Shown one piece after another: positions 12,608-26,647 of a DNA stretch of 64,000 bases. A program made the translations under genes and the position numbers. The notes beneath the pieces were generated by a model. It had not been told where the DNA came from, ran no database searches, and saw only the letters and a list, made by a program, of their open reading frames with translations. Positions within the stretch are counted from its first letter, which is position 1; each line of letters begins with the position of its first letter. Source of the stretch: Octopus sinensis (taxonomy: Eukaryota); assembly GCF_006345805.1 (NCBI RefSeq), contig NC_043003.1:97588001-97652000 (forward strand). Reading direction: 5' to 3'.

Positions 12608-12784
12608 CAACTAAGCGTCTATAATAGTCGTGATAGTCAACTAAGCGTCTATAATAGTCGTGATAGTCAACTAAGCGTCTATATTAGTCGTGATAGTCAA
12701 CTAAGCGTCTATAATAGTCGTGATAGTCAACTAAGCGTCTATTATAGTTGTGATAGTCAACTAAGCGTCTATGATAGTCGTGAT
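12608..12784. repeat. 30-bp minisatellite, about 5.9 units (CAACTAAGCGTCTATAATAGTCGTGATAGT)
   Basis: Units start at 12608, 12638, 12668, 12698, 12728 and 12758. Confidence 0.95.
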
Positions 12785-14025
12785 TTTCCCAAGAGAATTA
12801 GCATTACAGAATGAAACTGCTTCACTTTGAATTGATGTCAAAGTCATGATGATGACTGGTCTACTAATATTCAGTTTGGTAGCAAATTTGAGGAAGATAA
12901 AAGCATGGAGAGAATCCCAGAGAACTGCTGTCTTCTGGGGCAGGATTGAGCAAGTATTTAATGTAACATTTAAGCATGGAACATGGTAGAAATGATGACA
13001 AGGTTTATATGGAGATGTTAAATGGCTAGTTTAAATCTAGAGGCTGTGAGTTCGATTCCCAGATCAGGCTGTCTGTTGTGTTCTTTAGCAAGATACTCAA
13101 ATGAGTTGTGATATCACAGGTGCCAAGCTGTATTGGCCTTTGCCTTTCCTTTGGATATTGGTAAGGTGGAGAGAAGAAGCTGGTATGCATGGGCAACTGC
13201 TGGTCTTCCAACCATGCCCAGATATGTGCCTTGGAGGGGAACTTTCTAGGTACAATCCCATCGTCATTAATGACTAAAAAAGGGTCTTTACCTTTGTCTG
13301 CCTATTCAGGCACAAGGTTAGTCTTTTCCTTTCTTTTTTTTTTTCTGGTGGAGGAGAGGGTTAGACGATACTGTCAACCTCAGTTCTTGACTAGTACTTT
13401 ATTTCATTGACCCCTAAAAGCTGACCTTGGTGGAACTTGAATTCAGAACATAAACAACAGGTACAAATACTGCAAAGCATTTTAAAGAAATTCTAATGAT
13501 TCAGCCAGACTGAGGGAGTTGATTATCAACTCCAGCATATGACAAGTACTTTATTTTGTTGACCTGAAAGGATGAAAAGCAAAACTGACCTGAATTTCTT
13601 GTGGTCAAAAAGCCTTTTTTAGAATGAGTCAACTGAGAGTCTATGATAGTCGTGATTTTCCCAAGAGAATTAGCATAACAGAATGAAACTGCTTCAATTA
13701 GAATTGATGTCAAAGTCATGATGATGACTGGTCTACTAATATGAAATGATCTTTATGCAAATCTTAATCTGGAGCTGAAGATATGTTTTTCCTTAGGGTC
13801 AGACATGGTATTGTAACTAAAGAACTTGCTTCACAGACATATCATTCCACATTCAAATCTACAGCACAGTACACTGGGTGTCTTTCATTCTTAGACTCAG
13901 GCTGACCAATACCTTGGAAGACGAATTTTTAGATGGAACCTTGTTGAAACTCATCAAATGCATTTGAACACACACACATATATAGATAGATAGATAAATA
14001 TACATACATACATATATATATATAT

Positions 14026-14405
14026 CTTTACTCTTTTACTTGTTTCAGTCATTTGATTGTGGCCATGCTGGAGCACCGCCTTTAGTCGAGCAAATCGACC
14101 CCAGGACTTATTCTTTGCAAGCCCAGTATTCTATCGGTCTCTTTTTGCCAAACCACTAAGTTACGGGGACATAAAAACACCAGCATCGGTTGTCAAGCGA
14201 TGTTGGGGGGGGGGGGCAAACACAGACACACAAATATATATATATATACACACGACATTCTTCTTTCAGTTTCCGTCTACCAAATCCACTCACAAGGCTT
14301 TGGTCGGCCTGAGGCTATAGTAGAAGACACTTGCCCAAAGTGCCATGCAGTGGGACTGAAACCAGAACCATGTGGTTGGCAAGCAAGCTACTTACCACAC
14401 AGCCA
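14026..14405 (-). mobile_element. SINE family A
   Basis: Full-length match. Confidence 0.85.
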
Positions 14406-14522
14406 ATCCTTATATATATATATGAGAATAGATAGAAAAGTGGATAGACAAACAGATTCAAAGAGAACCTCTGCAAAAGTGTGCTGCATCTGAGAAAGTA
14501 ACAGTTAGTTCATGATATATAT

Positions 14523-14742
14523 ATTTCTTTACTACCCACAAGGGGCGTAACATAGAGGAGACAGACAAAGGGATTAAGTCGATTACATCGACCCCAGTGC
14601 GAAACTGGTACTTTATTTATTGACCCCGAAAGGATGAAAAGCAAAGTCGACCTCAGCGGAATTTGAACTCAGAACGTAACGACAGACGAAATGCCGCTAA
14701 GCATTTCGCCCGACGCGCTAATGTTTCTGCCAGCTCGCCGCC
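14523..14742 (-). mobile_element. SINE family C with 16-bp TSD AGTTCATGATATATAT
   Basis: TSD at 14507-14522 and 14743-14758. Confidence 0.85.
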
Positions 14743-15676
14743 AGTTCATGATATATATGTTTATGTATTTACGTAAGTGTGTAGACATGTCTGCATGTGT
14801 ATATGTGTATGTACATGTAAACGTGGGTATCTGTTCAAGTTGTATATATAACCGTTACTCTATCGAAGGTTGTATATATATATGTTTCTTTCACCACAAT
14901 CTAACCATGAACAGATACATACATGCATAAACACATATATATCATGAACTGTTACTTTCTTAGATGCAGCACAAAGATTTGTCAGTGAATGGGTTGCAGT
15001 TTCAAAGTGACGAAAATATTTTGACACAAATTAAATTTATATGTTGAAGTGAAACTAATGGCTTTTTTGCGTGTTCTTAAATGGCTTATAAACATCTTTC
15101 ACGCTGCAATCGTTTTTGTTTCAGCACACAATTTCAGATCAAGTCACTTGTTATGCAAGTACATCTCCGTGGATCCGTGGAATAAGCTGCCAACGACCGC
15201 TCGGTTCAAAGTCTCTTTTGACCAGAAATGGCCTGAACTCTTTGCATGAACACCCTCCCTGTACATAACTCCATGTCCCCCTACATGGCCTTGCTTTTTG
15301 CTTTTTGAGCCAAAAAATTAACTTAACTTATATAACACACATCATCACTGTTTGATGACCGTTTTCCATGCTGGCAGAGGCTGGACAGTTTGACTGAGCC
15401 AGAGAACAACACCAAACTCCAATGCCTTGGTATAGTATATATATAGCTGGATGCCCTCACAAATGCCAATCACTTAATAGTGTACTGTTTTCTTTTTAGC
15501 ATGGCCAAGGACACTAGTGTGACCACCAAGTAACTTGCAAGACATGACTTCTCAACTGAGTGGGGCGTAGTATTGAGGGATAGGAACAGGTGTTTTACTA
15601 CAGAGGAGACATATGGCAAAATAGCGTGTTATATATCAAAGGTGTATGAAGCTTTTAACAGTATACTTTTTTTTTT

Positions 15677-15876
15677 TACTTGTTTTCAGGCATTTGACTG
15701 CGGCCATGCTGGAGCACCGCCTTTAATCGAGTAACTCGACCCCAGGACTTATTCTTTGTAAGCCCAGTACTTATTCTATCGGTCTCTTTTTGCTGAACTG
15801 CTAAGTGACGGGGACATAAACACACCAGCATCAGTTGTCAAGCGATGTTGGATGGGACAAACACAGATACACAAAT

Positions 15877-15922
<46 letters not shown>

Positions 15923-16130
15923 TATATATATGTGTGTGTGTATATATGTATGTATATATATATACATATATACGATGGGCTTTTTTCAGTTTCCGTCTAC
16001 CAAATCCACTCACAAGGCTTTGGTTGGCCCAAGGCTATAGTAGAAGACATTTGCCCAAGGTGCCACGCAGTGGGACTGAACCCGGAACCATGCGGTTGGT
16101 AAACAAGCTACTTACCACACAGCCACTCCT
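15677..16130 (-). mobile_element. SINE family A with expanded internal (TA)n
   Basis: Full-length match; long microsatellite at about 15880-15970. Confidence 0.85.
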
Positions 16131-17114
16131 GAGCCTATATATATATATTAGCATAAGATATAAAAATGAGAAAACTGAAAAAAATCATTGCTTTATGAAT
16201 AAAGTCCTTGAGATATTTGTTTAACATTAACAGTTGCTTCTCACCACCAGAAATGCAGTGGATTAATCTTATTGAAAACCTTTAAGTCATCAATCTAGTG
16301 TTCACAAGTGACAACATGTAATGTCACCGTTAATGAGTGTGCATGTGTATGGGTTACCATAGTTACAAACAAGTGGTCTGGACAACCAAGATATAAAGCA
16401 GTACTCCTTTGTTGCACCTAGAGACTTAAGAATTTAGATATTGATCCTAGTATACTGACAGCTGCAAGTCTTTTATCTTTTACTAGTTTCAGTCATTAAA
16501 TTGCGGTCATGCTGGGGCATCACCTTGAGGAATTTTAGTCAAATTAATTGACCCCCAATACTTATTTTATTTTTTAAAGCCTGGACTTATTCTATTGGTC
16601 TCTTTTGCAGAACTGCTGTTACAGAGATGTAAACAGACCGACACCAATTGTCAAGTAGGAGATGGGATCAAACACAGACAGAAAGATGCACACACAATAG
16701 GCTTCCTTCAGTTTCCATCAACCAAATCCACTAAGGTTTTGGTCAGCTTGAGGCTATAGCAGAAGACACTCGCCCAAGGTACCATGCAATGGAACCATGT
16801 GGTTGGGAAGCAAACTTCTTACCATACTACCATTCCTGAATATCAACATTGGAGGCATATGGCTTAGTGGTTAGGGAGTTGGACGCACGAGCATAAGATT
16901 GTAGTTTCAATTCCTAGACCAGGCGACACATTGTGTGCTTTAGCAAAACACTTCATTTCACATTGCTCCACTCCACTTGGCTGGCAAATGAGTAATCCAG
17001 CAACAGACCAGCATCCCATCCAGCTGGGGAATTTATGTGCCGTGAAACAAGGAAGTTTGCACGACTCGAGAAACCTTATGAGTCAGCATGACTCAAGAAT
17101 GTAACTAACTTTAA

Positions 17115-17324
17115 CCCTTTAATATTCAGAGTACTCCATCAAATTTAATGCTTTTTGATTCCCACTGTTTTGAAGTAATCATGCATTATCTTGTAACTTT
17201 AAGATTTTGATGATGTGGTTGCTTATTTTTAGAATGACATTGTAGGGTAGGTGTGAAAGGCTGAATATGGCCAGCCTGAACATAAAACAAGTAGAATATT
17301 TGGGCCGGTTTAAATACTAAAGGG
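17115..17324. mobile_element. piggyBac-like MITE, family 1
   Basis: TTAA|CCCTTT ... AAAGGG|TTAA; similar to 7912-8132. Confidence 0.75.
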
Positions 17325-18767
17325 TTAATATCAACATTTTCAAACTATCTTCGTGAATTACATTGAATACTATCAGGAGGAAATATGAAACAAATGTGGA
17401 ACTCTGTATACCCTAGCATCTTTGAGTACATCAGAGGATGTAAGAACTCTGACTTGGCTATCTCTGAACTAAACAACCTATGTGAACATTCCCAATGCAA
17501 AATTTTGCTGAATACTTACTGGATATCAGGTGACAAAAGCCTGTAATATACCTGGATAAAATTTTCATAGAATTATAGAAGCTAAAAAAGAACTGCAATT
17601 TCCAGGATTGTAGTGAGGGTAACAGGGCACTGCATGATGTGTTCATTACCAACATAGTCTCACTAACCATGCACACCACAGAGGGTATGAAACACTGGAC
17701 TTGCACTAGATGTAGCTTAGTACAATACTGTGTATGCAATCCCAGTGCCTATACAGCTGCAATAGTGTACCTCGGGAAGCCAACTATAGCTGCCATTCAC
17801 AAGATAAGACAATTTTTTTTGTGTATGTGTGGTATCTCTTACAATTTACAAGATATCTGTCTAGCATGCAAGACTTACTAGCAATGACTATTTCAAAGGA
17901 AATAATGCTTGTTTGTGTGAATCTAAAGCCTCCTCAATTTCAGTCAATTCAAACACACTGACCACAAATCAATGCAAGATGAAACGTGATTGTGTATAGA
18001 AAAATGCTAAGTACTATCTTGGGTTCCTAAAGCACTGATAGCAAGGAAGCTAAATTTAGAGGTTCCCCCATTCAGTAGAGGCACCTCTATGGCTCAGAAA
18101 ACATCAATTATTAGCTCTAAAAAAAGCTAGTATTGTTGTGAACCTAACCTTTGACCTTAATAACCATACATACATTACTATACAGTTTGGTGTTTTGAGA
18201 TACATGTGTTCTGATCTGATAATTGGTCAAGAATTGCTGTGTAAACATCTGAGAGTGAAATAGTCAGAATTAACTGTGGATGGTGCTGATAATTTCTGTA
18301 ATGGTAGCAAAAACAGAAGATCCACTCTTTTCCAAACTTGTCTCCATGATGTAAGCCAATTGCTACCAAATCAAGGCAATTCAGCAGTGATGATCCAAAC
18401 TTCATTGCAAGGGAAGTTTGCCATTTACGTTCAGAAAGCATAATTGAAACAAGCATATCACTATGGTATAAATCCAAGTGATAGCAGTGAAGGACCCTAC
18501 CCACCAACACAAGTGAATGTGTATAAATGACTTGGTTAACCAATAAACGTAAGTGGATGCTTATCCTTTGCAAAGTTGACTTCAGCAGGATATTAGCTCA
18601 GAATGTTAAGAGCTGTAACTAAATATCACAAGAGATTTTGATCAGCATTCTCATGATTCTGTCATTTCAATGGCCTATCAATAAGTTTCAAATTTTGCTA
18701 CTTAGAAATTGTCTATTAAATCAACTCCAATACTGAACTGGTATTTATTTTATTAACCCCAAAATAT

Positions 18768-19140
18768 AGGCGCAGGAGTGGCTGTATGGTAAGTAGCTTG
18801 CTTACCAACCACATGGTTCCGGGTTCAGTCCTACTTCATAGCATCTTGGGCAAGTGTCTTCTGCTATAGCCTCGGGCTGACCAATACCTTGTGAGTAGAT
18901 TTGGTAGACGGAAACTGAAAGAAGCCTGTCGTATATATGTGTGTGTATGTGTGTGTTTGTCCCCCTGGCATTGCTTGACAACCGATGCTGGTGTGTTTAC
19001 GTCCCCGTAACTTAGCGGTTTGGCAAAAGAGACCGATAGAATAAGTACTGGGCTTACAAAGAATAAGTCCCGGGGACAATTTGCTCGACTAAAGTCGGTG
19101 CTCCAGCATGGCTGAAACAAGTAAAAGAGTAAAGAGTAAA
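18768..19140 (+). mobile_element. SINE family A
   Basis: Full-length match. Confidence 0.85.
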
Positions 19141-20833
19141 AGAAAGGCAAAGTTGATCCCAAGCATAATTTGAAATCAGAGCATAAGGACAGACAAAATG
19201 CCAGGTTGCTGCCTTCAATACCCTATTAATAATGGTCTCAGATTTTGGCACAATGCCCGTAATTTTGAGTTGGGGGGGAGTGTAGTCAATATCATTGACC
19301 ACATTGAAAGAATGAAAGGCAAAGTTGACCCTGGCAAGCTTTGAATTCAGAACAGAAAGAGCTGGGACAAATACTGCAAGGCATTTTTTCTCTGATGCCT
19401 TAATAATTCAGTCAGTTCATCACCTTCACCTTATAAATAATAACTGTTTCTAATTCAGGTATGAGGCCAGTAATTTTGAAGGGGGGATTTTAGCTGATTA
19501 CATCAACTCCCAGTACTTGACTTGTGCTTTATATTACCAAACTTATAAAAATGAAATACAAATCTGACCTCAGCAGAATTTGAACTCTCAACATAAAGAG
19601 CTGAAATATTAAAAGGTGTTCTGTCCAATGCTCTAGCAGCAATTCTATCAATTCATAACCCTAATAATAATAATAATAATAATGATAACACTGTGTGACA
19701 AAATTAAAATCTGTTTTTTTTACTTTGGTCAGTAAATGTTATTTCCTTTTTGCTTCTATCTAGAAATCAAAGGAAATGGCTACAATTCCCTTCAAACTTT
19801 GCTTTTGTGATCTGGACATAAATGATTTGAAACTGATTTATTTTCCATTACATTTCAGACAGATTCGGTGCTAAGTTGCTGAAGCAGATATATTGTTACA
19901 GCAAATAGTCTGCTCAGTACCAGAGATTTGCTTGTCAGTTGCTTCACCTTGACCACTTGAGGACGTCTCTTAGGGGCTGACAATATGTGCATCTCTGATC
20001 ATGAGCAGGAGTAATGGGGGAATATCATAACCATGTGTTGAGAGGGATTCTTTGGGGTTTGAATAAATATAACAAAAGTAAAGTTTGAAGGAAACAGCTA
20101 TTTTTCATACTTTCTAGGAATACACAAATAAGGAATAACAGTTGCTACCCAAGGACAAAAATCATGTTACACAGTGTAATCTGTGTTTATACAGATTTTT
20201 AGATTGGCATCTAGAAGGGTATCCAGCCATATAACAGTCAGCAAAAATTCTGTTCAACCAATCCCAGCACAGAAAAGTAGGCATAAAAACCAATAATGTC
20301 CAAGGTTAATCTTTGTAGAGAGAAATACTGTTGGTTATTTTAACCATAGTCATTATTTCAGCAACCCCTAGTAACATGATAGGCAAAGCTAAGCAGGAAC
20401 TGAACTGAAAGCCTGAGATGAAATTACATTGTGATCATGATGCTTAAGGACAAAAGTATACTGATAATAAGATATTAATTACTTGATTACTTAGTCACTG
20501 ACAAGAATAGTGTTGAAAATGACTTTGAAATTTCAGCCACTTAAGCCATCATTTGGATATATATATATTATAATTATTGTTTTAATGTCCACTTTTACAT
20601 GCCTGCATGGGTCAGAATTTGTTGAGATAGATTTTCTATGGCCAGATGCCATTCCTGTCACCAAACCTCGCCAGTTTTCAAGTTGGGTAATATTTCCCCA
20701 TGACCATACAATATTTCACAGAAAATTGGAAACAAGATACCACTTGCATGACACTGACACTCCTTTACAACTATCATGCAATGTCAAGGCAAGGAGACAG
20801 TAACACACATATGATAAACTTCTTTCAGCTTCT

Positions 20834-21309
20834 TATTTCTTTACTGCCCACAAGGGGCTACACACAGAGGGGACAAACAAGGACAGACAAACGGATTAAG
20901 TCGATTATATCAACCCCTGTGCGTAACTGGTACTTAATTTATTAAAGGCGGCGAGCTGGCAGAAACGTTAGCACACCGGGCGAAATGCTTAGCGCTATTT
21001 TGTCTGCGTTACGTTGTGAGTTCAAATTCCGCCAAGGTCGACTTTGCCTTTCATCCTTACGGGGTCGATAAATTAAGTACCAGTTACGCACTGGGGTTTA
21101 TGTAATCGACTTAATACCTATGTCTGTCCTTGTTTGTCCCCTCTGTGTTCAGCCCCTTGTGGGTAATAAAGAAATAGGTACTTAATTTATCGACCCCGAA
21201 AGGATGAAAGGCAAAGTCGACCTCGGCGCAATTTGAACTCAGAATGTAACGATAGGCAAAATACTGCTTGACACTTCGCCCAGCGTGCTCACGTTTCTGT
21301 CAGCTCTGC
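20834..21309. mobile_element. SINE family C minus-strand copy with a plus-strand copy (20944-21176) inserted in it
   Basis: 14-bp TSD GGTACTTAATTTAT at 20929-20942 and 21177-21190. Confidence 0.88.
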
Positions 21310-24300
21310 TAACCAAACCCACTTATAAGGATTTGGTCAGCCCAGAGATGTGGTAAAAGACAATTGCTCAATGTGCAACACAGTATAACTCAACCCACAA
21401 CCATGCTTGTGCCTTCATATATACGAAGGACTCTCCCGTAGATGACGTATGAGCGTTTAGCTTTTGCTGAATGACCAGCACAAATGAGTTGTTCATAGGG
21501 ATCAAGTGTTTGTATCAAACATTAGCTCACTCTCTCCATCAAAAATTGATGCTACCTGAACAGGTGCACAGTGTACCACACATCAGGTGTTGAACTGATT
21601 ACAGAGTGACATGATATGAAATGTTTTGCTCAAGAACGCACCACTCGGTCTAGGAATTGAAATCACAATTGCTAGATTATGAGTGCAACACCCTAACCAC
21701 TAAGCTATGTGTCCTCATATGTGTGCGTGCATGCGTGTGTGTGTAAAGGTCCAATGTATACACACACACACATACATATAGTATATAGATAAGTCCAAGC
21801 TGTGTCCTGATGAAGCAAATCTGAATATTTTAGTATTTCAAATTATATTTGTAGATGTTGTTATATTTTTTATATGAGAGTTGAAAATACTGGGAATTAC
21901 TGGAAAATACCTTTTGCAGAGTAATTACATATCAAAATGAAGTACACTGAAAAACTTAGATATTATCTATTTCCTATTACATATGTTTCATTACCTAATA
22001 GGAGTTACAGAGGTACACACGTAGAAAGAGAGGTGAGACATCTCCTATTACTAATAGATGTCTTACATGCTTTTCTGCATGTATACCTCTGTAACTCCTA
22101 GTAAGTAATGAAATACATGTAATAAGGAATAAATAATACCAAATTTTACCAGTCTTCTGTTCTGTGTGTGAATGAAATGAGAAATTTTTTTTGCTTCTAA
22201 ATGATGTAAATTTAAAATTTTAAATAGTATACTGCAATTACATTTACAGCATTTAAAGTAGTAAAAAGTCTGAATACTAAGTTATTAAAATAGACAGAAA
22301 TAATTAATGATTAAATTATCAGTAGCCTCTTGTCTTTCAGCTAAGTGATTCCAATATATAATTATATGCTGAAATAAGCAACTAAAGTAATCCTATTATT
22401 GGCAAAAGATATAAACATTGGTGAAACAAACTTAAAAACCAATACTTTATGAATGAAATTCCTTGAGATATTTGTTCTGAAATGAGTTATAGATACTTCC
22501 AAGTTAGAGTCAGAAACTACAAAGAACCAGTGTATATAATGTAGTTCAGTATTTAATCTAACACCCTCCTGAATGAAGCAACTCATCACCATCCTCAGTA
22601 CTTATAACAACAGTATTATTGTTATTATTATCAATAATTTATAAGGCCAGTAATCTTTCAGTAAAGGGTAGAGTTGATACCATCAACCTCAGTACTTACA
22701 ATATCAATAATAATTCTAATTTTGGTACAAAACCAGCAAGACGGTTAAGTCAATTATATAGATTCTGATGTTCAACTGGGACTTATTATATGAACCCTGA
22801 AAAAAATAACAAAAACAAAAATCCTTTCTGTTATAGGCACATGGTCTGAAATTTTGGACAAGTAGGATATCAACCCCAGGATCTGACTGGTACTTGTTTC
22901 ATTAACCCAAAGGAATGAAAAGCAAAGTTAACTTTGGCTGAATTTTTTAACTCAGAATGTACAGATGGATGAAATTCTGCTAAGCATTTTTGTCTAGTAT
23001 GCTAAATTTTCTACTAGCTTACCAACTTAATAATAATTGTTTCTAATTTAGAAACAAGGACCAACAATTTTGAAGATAAGGGTTGTTGATACCATCAGTC
23101 CCAGAGATAGACTGGTAACTTGTTTTACCAAACCTGGAAGGATGAAAAAGTAAAGTTGATCTCAGGGATATTTGAACTCCTTGCATAAAGAGCTGGACCA
23201 AATAATACAAAGTATTTTTTCTGATGCACAAACAATTCAGCCAATCCACAATCCTCAGTAATAATAACAATCCATCCCATCAAAATTCATAACCTAAAGA
23301 GAGGACAGAACTGCACAACACTGTTGGTTTCAGTAGAGTTAGATAACTTACCTGGAGGTACCTGTCTCTATGAACAAGCTCTTCCCCCCCCCCACTTTCT
23401 CAAGTTTTATTTTTAATACAGTTGGTTGCCCACCTCCCTTTCACCTAATAAACATATATTTTCATTAAAGTCAATTTTATAAGAAACTTGGTGCACTTAA
23501 AAAAATTGACCCTGGAATACTTTTCTTTTTTACCTGACTGGCCAGAAAGCCTTATAATTCCATAAAAACTTAGATAACTGGATGCAGCAATGTTCATAAT
23601 TCTCCCAACTGTAAATCAATTGAAATGGCTTTTAAGTGAGAATCAAATCTATAATAAACTATTCGCTGGAAGATTATCATTTTGCCTTTCAGAATTGAAC
23701 AGATGATCTACCACCAGTTATCAACTGGGAGCTTCTACAGGGTTGCTTGATCTGCTCGAAATATCAGCTAAAATTTCTTGCAAATTATAACAGACTGTCT
23801 TTAAAAATACCCCAGAAGGGAATGACATATTCAATAATTTAGTCCTAGATATGAAAGGAAGCCACACAGATCTTATTAATTAGAGAGATATGGCACATCC
23901 TTCATTTTGTTTGAGCCGAAGTTGAACAGAATCTTTCAACAAAAAAAAAGCAAAAAAAAAGCAAAAATGGTCAGTTGGAACATCATTAATCCCAGATCTG
24001 TTCAAACATGACTGATCTGGGGCTAAGCAATACCAGCAACAACCCTAAATGGTAAAGTAAAAGCAATTCCTAATCCAAATCAAGAATTGAGGTATGTAAT
24101 GAGATACTGCAAAATAGTCATGGGTAACAAGCAGCCCACAGGACTTTCCACATGGCATTCTTAACAAAAAAATTACCTTGAATTTTTAAGTAGTGAGGCT
24201 TGTCTGATGATGAGCCATGCTTCTAGCAGCTCATTTCTTGAAAACAGTTACCCAAGGCTACTGTAAAATATTTCTGTATTCTACAGTAATACATCTAGCA

Positions 24301-25824
24301 ATCATATAGGCTTCAACTGACTAGATGGTGCAAAGAGTTAGAATTTTAGAGACGAAATGAAGGTAGACTTTGTAGGTTTTTTTCATAAAGGCCTTAATGA
24401 AGTAAGTGAAAGAAAAGCAACACAGCTTCTACCTGACTTGACTCAGGTAAAACAACAAACATGTGCTGTTTATCTCAAATTATAGAATGTGTATGGCCTT
24501 CTTCCATCATTATGTTTCTCAAAGCTAAATAATGGTTTCAAATTTTGGCACAAAGCCAGCAAGTCTGGGGGGAGGGAGGTGAGTCGGTTTCATCGACCCC
24601 CCCCCCCCCAGAGTTCAACTGGTATTTATTTTATCAACCTCGAAAGGATGAAAGTTGAAGTCAAAAATTAAGCGGAATTTGAACTCAGGGTGGATGAAAT
24701 GCTGCCAAGTATTTCACCCAGCATGCTAATGATTCTGCCAGCTAATACCCGAGGTAGCTACTTCTCACAGTAACATTGTGGTCATTGGCGTAAACACTTT
24801 CGTCTGTCCATAAAGTGTATGCAGCACTAAAAAGATTCATTCATGATTCTTGATCATAATCTCATTGCTTGCAGGAGCCTGGGCAACATCAGTATCAATC
24901 AATCCTATTAAATCTACCCCAGTATATCACTGGTACTTTATTGTTAATAGAGCCCCAAGTTGCTATAAGTCTAACAGCTTCCACAGTAACTGCAAGAATG
25001 ATTGGTTTGTCACACGGGACAATGTAATATTGTATGTGGAAGTAGTAGCATTCATACCTTTGATAAAGAATTTTAGTGAAATGAAATGTAGAATAAACAT
25101 AAATATCATGATCAAGAAACAAACATTCACACAGTGGTCCTATTTCTATTAATTATTTTACCACCATCCATTAGACACAATAAGAACTATGAATTGAAAC
25201 CAAGCCAAAGACTCGCTTTGCTGAGAACTTAGCTCTGCCCTATGTAATCTAACTCCTATAACCACCAATAATAGCAATAATATCCATTGTAATAATAATT
25301 CCTTCTACAATAGGTTTGAAATTTGGGGAGAAGAGGCTAGTCAATCGTATCGAGCCCAGTGCTCAACTGGTACTTATTTTATCAACCTCTAAAGGATGAA
25401 AGGCAAAGTCAACCTCGGAAACATTTGAACTCAGAACATAGGGGCAGAAGAAATGCTACTAAGCATTTTGTCCAGCATGGTAATGATTCTACCAGCATAT
25501 TTATCATCATCATAATAATAATAATAATAATAATTTCTAAGGGGAGGGAACAGTCAATCATATCAACCCCAGTCCTCGACTGGTACTTTATTTTTCGACC
25601 CTGGAAGAATGAAAGGCAAAGTTGACCATGATGGGATTTGAACTCAGAACATAAACAAATCTAACTAAAATACCACAAGGCATTTTGCCTGACACTCTAC
25701 TACTTCTGCCATCCATCACTCCCAATGATAATCAATAATCAATAATAAAAGCTCAAGATGAAAAAGAAATCTTAAATTTCATTAGAATGTGACATTTACA
25801 TGAATTTTCTCACACTGAACACTC

Positions 25825-26647
25825 ACACCCATCTCTGTTACTTAATGTTTATTTTTTGTTTTTGTTTTTTTTCATTCGTCATCAGTATTTATGTGTATGT
25901 GAGCTATGTCACCAGGAGTCAGGGAAAGGTAAGATGAGGGAAGAGATTTTCTTTTGATATTTGTTTCATTATATATATATCATGTCCAGCAAATGTATGC
26001 ATAAATCGTCTTCAGTAACTGAAAAGCAGGCACAAAGTGTCTTTGTATACATAGTCTTTTCCAAATGGTGACATTTATTTTCTTTACTGTTTTCACTTTT
26101 TCCGATTTTTTAAAGGTATTTTTGTCTTTGTGTGTGTACAATTGTAATTGTTGTTATTGTTCCATTAACCAAACTCCACAAGTCTTCTTTTACAATGTAT
26201 GTTTTTTTTCCTTTTCTTAGTTTTTTTTTTTAGTCATTCAAACTTTTGTTGTTGTCTTATTTTTGTGTTTTATATTTTTTTTAAAAATGTAGGAAGAGGG
26301 ATGGGTGGAGTAGGGAAGGGCGTGTGGCATGGCTGTGTTTAGAAGAAAAGCAAGAAGAACAGATTCTTCATGTCCATCCTCCCATTATTATTATTATTAT
26401 CATCATTATAATCAATATTATCATTTCTCTCACCATCATAACAACCACTGCCCCAACACCACGACCACCACCACCACCAACAACACCCATCAAAAAGCAC
26501 TGGTCTTGGATTGGTTTTATCTCATTCTCAAACTTCCATCCTTCATAAGAAAAAATAACAACGAAAATGAAAATAATAAAAATAATAATAGTACTTGTAG
26601 TAGCACTTATAGTTGTATTAGTAGTAATAATGATAATAATAATAATG

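Noticed and set aside
12608-12784. 30-bp array as a CRISPR or as the coding repeat of ORF 12587-12814
   Set aside because: It has no spacers. The ORF is a by-product of a stop-free 30-bp unit and has no splice or homology support.
13718-13780. Possible C/D box snoRNA (ATGATGA...CTGA)
   Set aside because: There is no terminal stem, and the paralogous copy at about 12845 lacks the D box.
17400-18600. Several 75-130-aa ORFs in unique-looking sequence
   Set aside because: I found no recognisable motifs or consistent splice sites. It is possibly an ancient TE, and BLASTX would be needed.
24205-24246. CTGATGA-TGAGC...GCTCA...GAAAAC as a hammerhead
   Set aside because: Six extra bases separate stem II from GAAA, and there is no stem I or III.
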